Notes: generated from the letters alone by a model not told the origin. DNA of 64,000 bases from the human T2T-CHM13v2.0 reference genome, Homo sapiens (GCF_009914755.1 NC_060927.1), one strand, 5' to 3'. Shown: positions 48,301-62,044, counted from the stretch's first letter. Numbers and translations are program-made.

Positions 48301-51300
48301 GATACAATGAAGCTCCTCTGTATGATATCACAGTGGTAGATATAGTGAAGCTGCCCTGTATGATATCACAGTGGTAGATATCGTGAAGCTCCCCTGTATG
48401 ATATCACATCGGTGGATATAGTGAAGCTCCTCTGTATGATATCACAGTGGTGGATATAGTGAAGCTCCTCTATGATATCACAGTGGTGGATATAGTGCAG
48501 CTCCTCTGTATGATATCACAGTGGTAGATACAGTGAAGCAGCTCTGTATGACATCACAGTGGTAGATAAAGTGAAGCTCCTCTGTATGATATCACAGTGG
48601 TAGATACAGTGAAGCAGCTCTGTATGATATCACAGTGGTAGATACAGTGAAGCTCCTCTATATGGTATCACAGTGGTAGATATAGTGAAGCTCCTCTGTG
48701 TGATCTCACAGTGGTAGATATACTGAAGCTGCTCTGTATGATATCAATAGTGGAGCTGCTCTGTATATCGTCACAGTGGTAGTTATAGAGAAGCTCCCCT
48801 GTATGATATCACAGTGGTAGATATAGTGAAGCTGCTCTGTATGATATCACAGTGGTAGATACAGTGAAGCTCCTCTGTGTGATATCACAGTGGTAGATAC
48901 AGTGAAGCTCCTCTGTGTGATATCACAGTGGTACATATAGTGAAGCTCCTCAGTGTGATATCACAGTGGTAGATACAGTGAAGCTGCTCTGTATGATATC
49001 ACAGTGGTAGATATTGTGAAGCTCCTCTGTGTGATATCACAGTGGTAGATACAGTGAAGCTTGTCAGTGTGATATCACAGTGGTAGATATAGTGAAGCTG
49101 CTCTGTATGATATAACAGTGGTAGATATAGTGAATCTCCCCTGTATGATATCACAGTGGTAGATACGCTGAAGCTGCTCTGTATGATATCACAGTGGTAG
49201 CTATAGCACAGCTCCTCTGTGTGATATCACAGTGGTAGATACAATGAAGCTCCTCTGTGTGATATCACAGTGGTAGATATAGTGAAGGTCCCCTGTATGA
49301 TATCACAGTGTTGGATATAGTGAAGCTCCTCTGTATGATATCACAGTGGTAGATATAATGAAGCTGCCCTGTATAATATCACAGAGGTAGATATAGTGAA
49401 GCTCCTCTGTATGATATCACAGTGGTAGATATAGTGAAGCTCCTCTGTGTGATATCACAGTGGTAGATACAGTGAAGCTGCTCTGTATGATATCACAGTG
49501 GTAGATATAGTGAAGTTCCTCTGTGTGATATCACACTGGTTGATACAGTGAAGCTGCTCTGCATGATATCACAGTGATAGATATAGTGAAGCTCCTCTGT
49601 GTGATATCACACTGGTAGATACAGTGAAGCTGCTCTGTATGATATCACAGTGGTAGATATTGTGAAGCTCCTCTGTGTGATATCACAGTGGTAGATACAG
49701 TGAAGCTCGTCTCTGTCATATCACAGTGGTAGATACAGTGAAGCTGCTCTGTATGATATAACACTGGTAGATACAGTGAAGATCCCCTGTATGATATCAC
49801 AGTGGTAGATACACTGAAGCTGCTCTGTATGATATCGCAGTGGTAGATATAGCACAGCTCCTCTGTGTGATATCACAGTGGTAGATACAATGAAGCTCCT
49901 CTGTATGATATCACAGTGGTAGATATAGTGAAGCTACCCTGTATGATATCACAGTGGTGGATATAGTGAAGCTCCTCTGTATGATATCACAGTGGTAGAT
50001 AAAGTGAAGCAGCTCTGTATGATATCACAGTGGTAGATACAGTGAAGCTCCTCTATATGATATCACAGTGGTAGATATAGTGAAGCTCCTCTGTGTGATA
50101 TCACACTGGTAGATATAGTGAAGCTGCTCTGTGTGATATCACAGTGGTAGATATAGTGAAGCTGCTCTGTATAACAGTGGGAGATATAGTGAAGCTGCTC
50201 TGTATGATTTCAACAGTGCAGCTGCTCTGTATGATATCACAGTGGTAGTTATAGAGAAGCTCCCCTGTATGATATCACAGTGGTAGATATAGTGAAGCTG
50301 CTCTGTATGATATCACAGTGGTAGATACAGTGAAGCTCCTCTGTGTGTTATCACAGTGGTAGATATAGTGAAGCTCCTCTGTGTGATATCACAGTGGTAG
50401 ATATAGTGAAGCTCCTATATATGATACCACAGTGGTAGATATAGTGAAGCTCCTCTGTATGATATCACAGTGGTGGATATAGTGAAGCTCCTCTATGATA
50501 TCACAGTGGTGGATATAGTGAAGCTCCTCTGTATGATATCACAGTGGTAGATACAGTGAACCAGCTCTGTATGATATCACAGTGGTAGATACAGTGAAGC
50601 TCCTCTATATGATATCACAGTGGTAGATATAGTGAAGCTCCTCTGTGTGATCTCACAGTGGTAGATATAGTGAAGCTGCTCTGTATGATATCAATAGTGG
50701 AGCGGCTCTGTATATCATCACAGTGGTAGTTATAGAGAAGCTCCCCTGTATGATATCACAGTGGTAGATATAGTGAAGCTCCTCTGTGCGATATCACAGT
50801 GGTAGATACAGTGAAGCTCCTCTGTGTGATATCACAGCGGCAGATACAGTGAAGCTCCTCTGTGTGATATCACAGTGGTAGATATAGTGAAGCTCCTCTG
50901 TGCGATATCACAGTGGCAGATACACTGAAGCTCCTCTGTGCGATATCACAGTGGTAGATATAGTGAAGCTCCTCTGTGCGATATCACAGTGGCAGATACA
51001 GTGAAGCTCCTCTGTGCGATATCACAGTGGTAGATAGAGTGAAGCTCCTCTGTGCGATATCACAGTGGCAGATACAGTGAAGCTCCTCTGTGCGATATCA
51101 CAGTGGTAGATATAGTGAAGCTCCTCTGTGCGATATCACAGTGGCAGATACAGTGAAGCTCCTCTGTGCGATATCACAGTGGTAGATATAGTGAAGCTCC
51201 TCTGTGCGATATCACAGTGGCAGATACAGAGAAGCTCCTCTGTGCGATATCACAGTGGCAGATACAGTGAAGCTCCTCTGTGCGATATCACAGTGGTAGA

Positions 51301-54300
51301 TATAGTGAAGCTCCTCTGTGCGATATCACAGTGGCAGATACAGTGAAGCTCCTCTGTGCGATATCAAAGTGGTAGATATAGTGAAGCTCCTCTGTGCGAT
51401 ATCACAGTGGCAGATACAGTGAAGCTCCTCTGTGTGATATCACAGTGGCAGATACAGTGAAGCTCCTCTGTGCGATACCACAGTGGTAGATATAGTGAAG
51501 CTCCTCTGTGCGATATCACAGTGGCAGATACAGTGAAGCTCCTCTGTGCGATATCACAGTGGTAGATATAGTGAAGTTCCTCTGTGCGATATCACAGTGG
51601 CAGATACAGTGAAGCTCCTCTGTGCGATATCACAGTGGTAGATATAGTGAAGCTCCTCTGTGCGATATCACAGTGGCAGACACAGTGAAGCTCCTCTGTG
51701 CGATATCACAGTGGTAGATATAGTGAAGCTCCTCTCTGCGATATCACAGTGGCAGATACAGTGAAGCTCCTCTGTGTGATATCACAGTGGCAGATACAGT
51801 GAAGCTCCTCTGTATGATATCACAGTGGTAGATACAGTGAAGCTCCTCTGTGTGATATCTCAGTGGCAGATACAGTGAAGCTCCTCTGGATGATATCACA
51901 GTGGTAGATACAGTGAAGCTCCTCTGTGTGATATCACAGTGGTAGATATAGTGAAGCTCCTCTGTGCGATATCACAGTGGCAGATACAGTGAAGCTCCTT
52001 TGTGCGATATCACAGTGGTAGATACAGTGAAGCTCCTCTGTATGATATCAGAGTGGTAGATACAGTGAAGCTCCTCTGTATGATATCACAGTGGTAGATA
52101 CAGTGAAGCTCCTCTCTATGATATCACACTGGTAGATACAGTGAAGCTCCTCTGTATGATATCACAGCGGCAGATACGGTGAAGCTCCTCTGTGCGATAT
52201 CACAGTGGCAGATACAGTGAAGCTCCTCTGTGTGATATCACAGTGGTAGATACAGTGAAGCTCCTCTGTATGAAATCACAGTGGCAGATACAGTGAATCT
52301 CCTCTGTGCGATATCACAGCGGTAGATATAGTGAAGCTCCTCTGTATGATATCACAGTGGTGGATATAGTGAAGCTCCTCTTTATGATATCACAATGTTA
52401 GACACAGGGAAGCTCCTCTGTATGATATCACAGTGGTAGATATAGTGATGCTCCTCTGTATGATATCACAGTAGTACCTACAGTGAAGCTCCTCTGTGTG
52501 ATAACACAGTGGTAGATGTACTGAAGCTCCTCTGCGTGATATCACAGGGGTAGATACACGGAAGCTCCTCTGTATGATATCAAAGTGTTAGATACAGTGA
52601 AGCTGCTCTGTATGATATCACACTGGTAGATACAGTGAAGCTCGTCTCTGTGATATCACAGTGGTAGATATAGTGAAGCTGCTCTGTATGATATAACACT
52701 GGTAGATACAGTGAAGATCCCCTGTATGATATCACAGTGGTAGATACACTGAAGCTGCTCTGTATGATATCGCAGTGGTAGATATAGCACAGCTCCTCTG
52801 TGTGATATCACAGTGGTAGATACAATGAAGCTCCTCTGTATGATATCACAGTGGTAGATATAGTGAAGCTACCCTGTATGATATCACAGTGGTAGATATA
52901 CTGAAGCTCCTCTGTATGATATCACAGTGGTAGATATAGTGAAGCTCCTCTGTGCGATATCACAGTGGCAGATACAGTGAAGCTCCTCTGTGCGATATCA
53001 GAGTAGCAGATACAGTGAAGCTCCTCTGTATGATATCACAGTGGTAGATATAATGAAGCTCCTCTGTGTGATATCACAGTGGTAGATACAGTGAAGCTGC
53101 TCAGTAGGATATCAATAGTGCAGCTGCTCTGTATGACATCACAGTGGTAGATATAGTGAAGCTCCCCTGTATGATATCACAGTGGTAGATATAATGAAGC
53201 TGCCCTGTATAATATCACAGAGGTAGATATAGTGAAGCTGCTCTGTATGATATCACAGTGGTAGATATAGTGAAGCTGCTCTGTGTGATATCACAGTGGC
53301 AGATACAGTGAAGCTCCTCTGTATGATATCACAGTGGTAGATATAGTGAAGCTCCTCTGTATGATATCACAGTAGTACCTACAGTGAAGCTCCTCTGTGT
53401 GATAACACAGTGGTAGATGTACTGAAGCTCCTCTGTGTGATATCACAGGGGTAGATACACGGAAGCACCTCTCTATGATATCAAAGTGTTAGATACAGTG
53501 AAGCTGCTCTGTATGATATCACAGTGGTAGATATAGTGAAGCTCCTCTGTGTGATATCACAGTGGTAGATACAGTGAAGCTGCTCTGTATGATATCACAG
53601 TGGTAGATATAGTGAAGCTCCTCTGTGTGATATCACACTGGTAGATACAGTGAAGCTGCTCTGTATGATATCACAGTGGTAGATATTGTGAAGCTCCTCT
53701 GTGTGATATCACAGTGGTAGATACAGTGAAGCTCGTCTCTGTGATATCACAGTGGTAGATATAGTGAAGCTGCTCTGTATGATATAACACTGGTAGATAC
53801 AGTGAAGATCCCCTGTATGATATCACAGTGGTAGATACACTGAAGCTGCTCTGTATGATATCGCAGTGGTAGATATACCACAGCTCCTCTGTTTGATATC
53901 ACAGTGGTAGATACAATGAAGCTCCTCTGTATGATATCACAGTGGTAGATATAGTGAAGCTACCCTGTATGATATCACAGTGGTAGATATAGTGAAGCTC
54001 CTCTGTATGATATCACAGTGGTGGATATAGTGAAGCTCGTCTGTATGATATCACAGTGGTGCATATAGTGAAGCTCCTCTGTATGATATCACAGTGGTGG
54101 ATATAGTGAAGCTCCTCTGTATGATATCACAGTGGTAGATACAGTGAAGCTCCTCTATATGATATCACAGTGGTAGATATAGTGAAGCTCCTCTGTGTGA
54201 TATCACACTGGTAGATATAATGAAGCTGCTCTGTGTGATATCACAGTGGTAGATATAGTGAAGCTGCTCTGTATGATATAACAGTGGGAGATATAGTGAA

Positions 54301-57300
54301 GCTGCTCTGTATGATATCAACAGTGCAGCTGCTCCGTATGATATCACAGTGGTAGTTATAGAGAAGCGCCCCTGTATGATATCACAGTGGTAAATATAGT
54401 GAAGTTCCTCTGTGTGATATCACAGTGGTAGATACAGTGAAGCTCCTCTGTGTGATATCACAGTGGTAGATATAGTGAAGCTCCTCTGTGTGATATCACA
54501 GTGGTAGATATAGTGAAGCTCCTATATATGATACCACAGTGGTAGATATAGTGAAGCTCCTCTGTATGATATCACAGTGGCAGATACAGTAAATCTCCTC
54601 TGTGTGATATCACAGTGGTAGATACAGTGATGCTCCTCTGTGTGATATCACAGTGGTACATATAGTGAAGCTCCTCTGTATGATATCACAGTGGTAGATA
54701 CACTGAAGCTGCTCTGTATGATATCACAGTGGTAGCTATAGCACAGCTCCTCTGTGTGATATCACAGTGGTAGATACAATGAAGCTCCTCTGTGTGATAT
54801 CACAGTGGTAGATATAGTGAAGGTCCCCTGTATGATATCACAGTGGTGGATATAGTGAAGCTCCACTGTATGATATCACAGTGGTCGATATAGTGAAGCT
54901 GCTCTGTGTGATATCACAGTGGTAGATATAGTGAAGCTCCTCTGTATGATATCACAGTGGTGGATATAGTGAAGCTCCTCTGTATGATATCACAGTGGTG
55001 GATATAGTGAAGCGCCTCTGTATGATATCACAGTGGTAGATACAGTGAAGCAGCCCTGTATGATATCACAGTGGTAGATGCAGTGAAGCTGCTCTGTGCG
55101 ATATCACAGTGGTAGATATAGTGGAGCTGCTCTGTATGATATCACAGTGGTACATGTAGTAAAGCTCCGCTGTATATCACAGTGGTAGATAAAGTGAAGC
55201 TCCTCTGTATGATATCACAGTGGTAGATATAGTGAAGCTCCTCTGTGTGATGTCACAGTAGTAGATATAGTGAAGCTCCCATGTATGATATCACAGTGGT
55301 ACGTATAGTGAAGTTCTTCTGTGTGATATCACAGTGGTAGATTTAGTGAAGCTCCCCTGTATGATATCACAGTGGTAGATATAGTGAAGTTCCTCTGTGT
55401 GATATCACAGTGGTAGATATAGTGAAGTTCCCCATATGATATCACAGTGATAGATATCGTGAAGCTCCCCTGTATGATACCACAGTGGTAGATATAGTGA
55501 AGATCCTCTGTGTGACATCACAGTGGTAGGTATAGTGAAGATCCCCTGTAGGATATCACAGTGGTAGATATAGTGAAGCTGCTCTGTGTGATATCACAGT
55601 GGTACATACAGTGAAGCTCCTCTGTGTGATATCACAGTGGTAGAAATAGTGAAGCTCCTCTGTATGATATCACAGTGGTAGATATAGTGAAGCTCCTCTG
55701 TGTGATATCACAGTGGTAGATACAGTGAAGCTGCTCTGTATGATATCACAGTGGTAGATATAGTGAAGTTCCTCTGTGTAATATCACACTGGTAGATACA
55801 GTGAAGCTGCTCTGTATGATATCACAGTGGTAGATATAGTGAAGCTCCTCTGTGTGATATCACACTGGTAGATACAGTGAAGCTGCTCTGTATGTTATCA
55901 CAGTGGTAGGTATTGTGAAGTTCCTCTGTGTGAAATCACAGTGGTAGATACAGTGAAGCTCGTCTGTGTGATATCACAGTGGTAGATATAGTGAAGCTGC
56001 TCTGTATGATATAACAGTGGTACATACAGTGAAGATCCCCTGTATGATATCACAGTGGTAGATACACTGAAGCTGCTCTGTATGATATCGCAGTGGTAGA
56101 TATAGCACAGCTCCTCTGTGTGATATCACAGTGGTAGATACAATGAAGCTCCTCTGTATGATATCACAGTGGTAGATATAGTGAAGCTGCCCTGTATGAT
56201 ATCACAGTGGTAGATATCATGAAGCTCCCCTGTATGACATCACAGTGGTGGATATAGTGAAGCTCCTCTGTATGATATCACAGTGGTGGATATAGTGAAG
56301 CTCCTCTATGATATCACAGTGGTGGATATAGTGAAGCTCCTCTGTATGATATCACAGTGGTAGATACAGTGAAGCAGCTCTGTATGATATCACAGTGGTA
56401 GATACAGTGAAGCTCCTCTATATGATATCACAGTGGTAGATATAGTGAAGCTCCTCTGTGTGATATCACAGTGGTAGATATAGTGAAGCTACTCTGTATG
56501 ATATCAATAGTGGAGCTGCTCTGTATATCATCACAGTGGTAGTTATAGAGAAGCTCCCCTGTATGATATCACAGTGGTGGATATAGTGAAGCTCCTCTGT
56601 ATGATATCACAGTGGTAGATACAGTGAAGCAGCTCTGTATGATATCACAGTGGTAGATACAGTGAAGCTCCTCTATATGATATCACAGTGGTAGATATAG
56701 TGAAGCTCCTCTGTGTGATCTCACAGTGGTAGATATAGTGAAGCTGCTCTGTATGATATCAATAGTGGAGCTGCTCTGTATATCATCACAGTGGTAGTTA
56801 TAGAGAAGCTCCCCTGTATGATATCACAGTGGTAGATATAGTGAAGTTCCTCTGTGTAATATCACACTGGTAGATACAGTGAAGCTGCTCTGTATGATAT
56901 CACAGTGGTAGATATAGTGAAGCTCCTCTGTGTGATATCACACTGGTAGATACAGTGAAGCTGCTCTGTATGATATCACAGTGGTAGATATTGTGAAGTT
57001 CCTCTGTGTGAAATCAGAGTGGTAGATACAGTGAAGCTCATCTGTGTGATATCACAGTGGTAGATATAGTGAAGCTGCTCTGTATGATATAACAGTGGTA
57101 GATACAGTGAAGATCCCCTGTATGATATCACAGTGGTAGATACACTGAAGCTGCTCTGTATGATATCGCAGTGGTAGATATAGCACAGCTCCTCTGTGTG
57201 ATATCACAGTGGTAGATACAATGAAGCTCCTCTGTATGATATCACAGTGGTAGATATAGTGAAGCTGCCCTGTATGATATCACAGTGGTAGATATCGTGA

Positions 57301-60300
57301 AGCTCCCCTGTATGATATCACATCGGTGGATATAGTGAAGCTCCTCTGTATGATATCACAGTGGTGGATATAGTGAAGCTCCTCTATGATATCACAGTGG
57401 TGGATATAGTGAAGCTCCTCTGTATGATATCACAGTGGTAGATACAGTGAAGCTCCTCTATATGATATCACAGTGGTAGATATAGTGAAGCTCCTCTGTG
57501 TGATCTCACAGTGGTAGATATAGTGAAGCTGCTCTGTATGATATCAATAGTGGAGCTGCTCTGTATATCATCACAGTGGTAGTTATAGAGAAGCTCCCCT
57601 GTATGATATCACAGTGGTAGATATAGTGAAGCTGCTCTGTATGATATCACAGTGGTAGATACAGTGAAGCTCCTCTGTGTGATATCACAGTGGTAGATAC
57701 AGTGAAGCTCCTCTGTGTGATATCACAGTGGTACATATAGTGAAGCTCCTATATATGATACCACAGTGGTAGATATAGTGAAGCTCCTCTGTATGATATC
57801 ACAGTGGTAGATATAGTGAAGCTCCTCTGTGTGATATCACAGTGGTAGATACAGTGAAGCTCCTCTGTGTGATATCACAGTGGTACATATAGTGAAGCTC
57901 CTCTGTATGATATCACAGTGGTAGATACACTGAAGCTGCTCTGTATGATATCACAGTGGTAGCTATAGCACAGCTCCTCTGTGTGATATCACAGTGGTGG
58001 ATACAATGAAGCTCCTCTGTGTGATATCACAGTGGTAGATATAGTGAAGGTCCCCTGTATGATATCACAGTGGTGGATATAGTGAAGCTCCACTGTATGA
58101 TATCACAGTGGTCGATATAGTGAAGCTGCTCTGTGTGATATCACAGTGGTAGATATAGTGAAGCTCCTCTGTATGATATCACAGTGGTGGATATAGTGAA
58201 GCTCCTCTTTATGATATCACAGTGGTGGATATAGTGAAGCGCCTCTGTATGATATCACAGTGGTAGATACAGTGAAGCAGCCCTGTATGATATCACAGTG
58301 GTAGATACAGTGAAGCTGCTCTGTGTGATATCACAGTGGTAGGTATAGTGGAGCTGCTCTGTATGATATCACAGTGGTACATGTAGTAAAGCTCCGCTGT
58401 ATATCACAGTGGTAGATAAAGTGAAGCTCCTCTGTATGATATCACAGTCGTAGATATAGTGAAGCTCCTCTGTGTGATGTCACAGTAGTAGATATAGTGA
58501 AGCTCCCATGTATGATATTACAGTGGTACGTATAGTGAAGTTCTTCTGTGTGATATCACAGTGGTAGATTTAGTGAAGCTCCCCTGTATGATATCACAGT
58601 GGTAGATATAGTGAAGTTCCTCTGTGTGATATCACAGTGGTAGATATAGTGAAGTTCCCCATATGATATCACAGTGATAGATATCGTGAAGCTCCCCTGT
58701 ATGATACCACAGTGGTAGATATAGTGAAGATCCTCTGTGTGACATCACAGTGGTAGATATAGTGAAGATCCCCTGTAGGATATCACAGTGGTAGATATAG
58801 TGAAGCTGCTCTGTGTGATATCACAGTGGTACATACAGTGAAGCTCCTCTGTGTGATATCACAGTGGTAGAAATAGTGAAGCTCCTCTGTATGATATCAC
58901 AGTGGTAGATATAGTGAAGCTCCTCTGTGTGATATCACAGTGGTAGATACAGTGAAGCTGCTCTGTATGATATCACAGTGGTAGATATAGTGAAGTTCCT
59001 CTGTGTAATATCACACTGGTAGATACAGTGAAGCTGCTCTGTATGATATCAGAGTGGTAGATATAGTGAAGCTCCTCTGTGTGATATCACACTGGTAGAT
59101 ACAGTGAAGCTGCTCTGTATGATATCACAGTGGTAGATATTGTGAAGTTCCTCTGTGTGAAATCACAGTGATAGATACAGTGAAGCTCGTCTGTGTGATA
59201 TCACAGTGGTAGATATAGTGAAGCTGCTCTGTATGATATAACAGTGGTAGATACAGTGAAGATCCCCTGTATGATATCACAGTGGTAGATACACTGAAGC
59301 TGCTCTGTATGATATCACAGTGGTAGATATAGCACAGCTCCTCTGTGTGATATCACAGTGGTAGATACAATGAAGCTCCTCTGTATGATATCACAGTGGT
59401 AGATATAGTGAAGCTGCCCTGTATGATATCACAGTGGTAGATATCGTGAAGCTCCCCTGTATGATATCACAGTGGTGGATATAGTGAAGCTCCTCTGTAT
59501 GATATCACAGTGGTGGATATAGTGAAGCTCCTCTGTATGATATCACAGTGGTAGATACAGTGAAGCAGCTCTGTATGATATCACAGTGGTAGATACAGTG
59601 AAGCTCCTCTGTATGATATCACAGTGGTAGATATAGTGAAGCTCCTCTGTGTGATCTCACAGTGGTAGATATAGTGAAGCTGCTCTGTATGATATCAATA
59701 GTGGAGCTGCTCTGTATATCATCACAGTTGTAGTTATAGAGAAGCTCCCCTGTATGATATCACAGTGGTAGATATAGTGAAGCTGCTCTGTATGATATCA
59801 CAGTGGTAGATACAGTGAAGCTCCTCTGTGTGATATCACAGTGGTAAGATACAGTGAAGCTCCTCTGTGTGATATCACAGTGGTAGATTCAGTGAAGCTG
59901 CTCTGTATGATATCACAGTGGTAGATATTGTGAAGCTCCTCTGTGTGATATCACAGTGGTAGATACAGTGAAGCTTGTCAGTGTGATATCACAGTGGTAG
60001 ATATAGTGAAGCTGCTCTGTATGATATAACAGTGGTAGATATAGTGAAGCTCCCCTGTATGATATCACAGTGGTAGATACACTGAAGCTGCTCTGTATGA
60101 TATCACAGTGGTAGCTATAGCACAGCTCCTCTGTGTGATATCACAGTGGTAGATACAATGAAGCTCCTCAGTTTGATATCACAGTGGTAGATATAGTGAA
60201 GGTCCCCTGTATGATAACACAGTGTGGATATAGTGAAGCTCCTCTGTATGATATCACAGTGGTGGATATAGTGAATCTCCTCTGTATGATATCACAGTGG

Positions 60301-62044
60301 TAGATACAGTGAAGCAGCCCTGTATGATATCACAGTTGTAGATACAGTGAAGCTGCTCTGTGTGATATCACAGTGGTAGATATAGTGGAGCTGCTCTGTA
60401 TGATATCACAGTGGTACATATAGTAAAGCTCCGCTCTATATCACAGTGGTAGAGAAAGTGAAGCTCCTCTGCATGATATCACAGTCGTAGATATAGTGAA
60501 GCTCCTCTGTGTGATGTCACAGTAGTAGATATAGTGAAGCTCCCATGTATGATATCACAGTGGTACGTATAGTGAAGTTCCTCTGTGTGATATCACAGTG
60601 GTAGATTTAGTGAAGCTCCCCTGTATGATATCACAGTGGTAGATATAGTGAAGTTCCTCTGTGTGATATCACAGTGGTAGATATAGTGAAGCTCCCCTAT
60701 ATGATATCACAGTGATAGATATCGTGAAGCTCCCCTGTATGATACCACAGTGGTAGATATAGTGAAGATCCTCTGTGTGACATCACAGTGGTAGATATAG
60801 TGAAGATCCCCTGTAGGATATCACAGTGGTAGATATAATGAAGGTGCTCTGTATGATATCACAGTGGTAGATATAGTGAAGCTCCCCTATATGATATCAC
60901 AGTGATAGATATCGTGAAGCTCCCCTGTATGATACCACAGTGGTAGATATAGTGAAGATCCTCTGTGTGACATCACAGTGGTAGATATAGTGAAGATCCC
61001 CTGTAGGATATCACAGTGGTAGATATAGTGAAGCTGCTCTGTGTGATATCACAGTGGTAGATATAGTGAAGCTACTCTGTGTGATATCACAGTGGTACAT
61101 ACAGTGAAGCTCCTCTGTGTGATATCACAGTGGTAGATATAGTGAAGCTCCTCTGTATGATATCACAGTGGTAGATACAGTGAAGCTCCCCTGTATGATA
61201 TCACAGTGGTAGATATAGTGAAGCTCCTCTGTATGATATCACAGTGGTAGATATAGTGAAGCTGCTGTGTATATCACAGTGGTAGATACAGTGAAGCTCC
61301 CCTGTATATCACAGTGGCAGTTATATTGAAGCTCCTGTGTGTGATATCACAGTGGTAGATATACTGAAGCTCCTCTGTATGATATCACAGTGGTAGATAT
61401 AGTGAAGCTCCTCTGTATGATATCACAGTGGTAGACACAGAGAAGCTCCTCTGTGTGATATCACAGTGGTAGATATGGTGAAGCTCCTCTGTATGATATC
61501 ACAGTGGTAGACACAGCGAAGCTCCTCTGTGTGATATCACAGTGGTAGATATGGTGAAGCTCCTCTGTATGATATCACAGTGCTAGGTATAGTGAAGCTA
61601 CTCTGTGTGATATCACAGTGGTAGATATAGTGAAGCTCCCCTGTATGATATCACAGTAGTAGATATAGTGAAGCTCCTCTGTCTGATATCACAGTGGTAG
61701 ATACAATGAAGCTCCTCTGTGTGATATCACAGTGGTAGATATAGTGAAGCTCCTCTGTGTGATATCACAGTGGTAGATATAGTGAAGCTCCTCTGTGTGA
61801 TATCACAGTGGGAGGTATAGTGAAGCTCCCCCTGTATGATATCACAGTTGTATATATAGTGAAGCTCCTCTGTATGATATCACATTAGTAGATATAGTGA
61901 AGCTCCTCTGTGTGATATCACAGTGGTAGGTACAGTGAAGCTCCTCTGTATGATATCACAGTGGTAGATATAGTGAAGCTCCTCTGTATATCACAGTGGT
62001 AGATATAGCGCAGCTCCTCTGTATGACATCACAGTGGTAGATAC
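24393..62044 (+). repeat. Giant 38-bp tandem array (VNTR/satellite, ~37.65 kb, ~1000 units) derived from the L1MC 3' UTR, with higher-order repeats
   Basis: unit AGTGAAGCTCCTCTGT(A/G)TGATATCACAGTGGTAGATA(C/T), head-to-tail in one orientation, no spacers or inserted elements seen; rare-variant spacings are multiples of 38 after allowing for visible deletions. Confidence 0.99.

Noticed and set aside
24173-54347. ORFs within the array as a repeat protein
   Set aside because: 38 is not a multiple of 3 and TGA/TAG stops recur. The ORFs are short chance openings that merely track HOR copies.
24393-62044. CRISPR array (38-bp partly palindromic repeat)
   Set aside because: Units abut with no unique spacers, there are no cas genes, the context is primate, and the unit is L1-derived.
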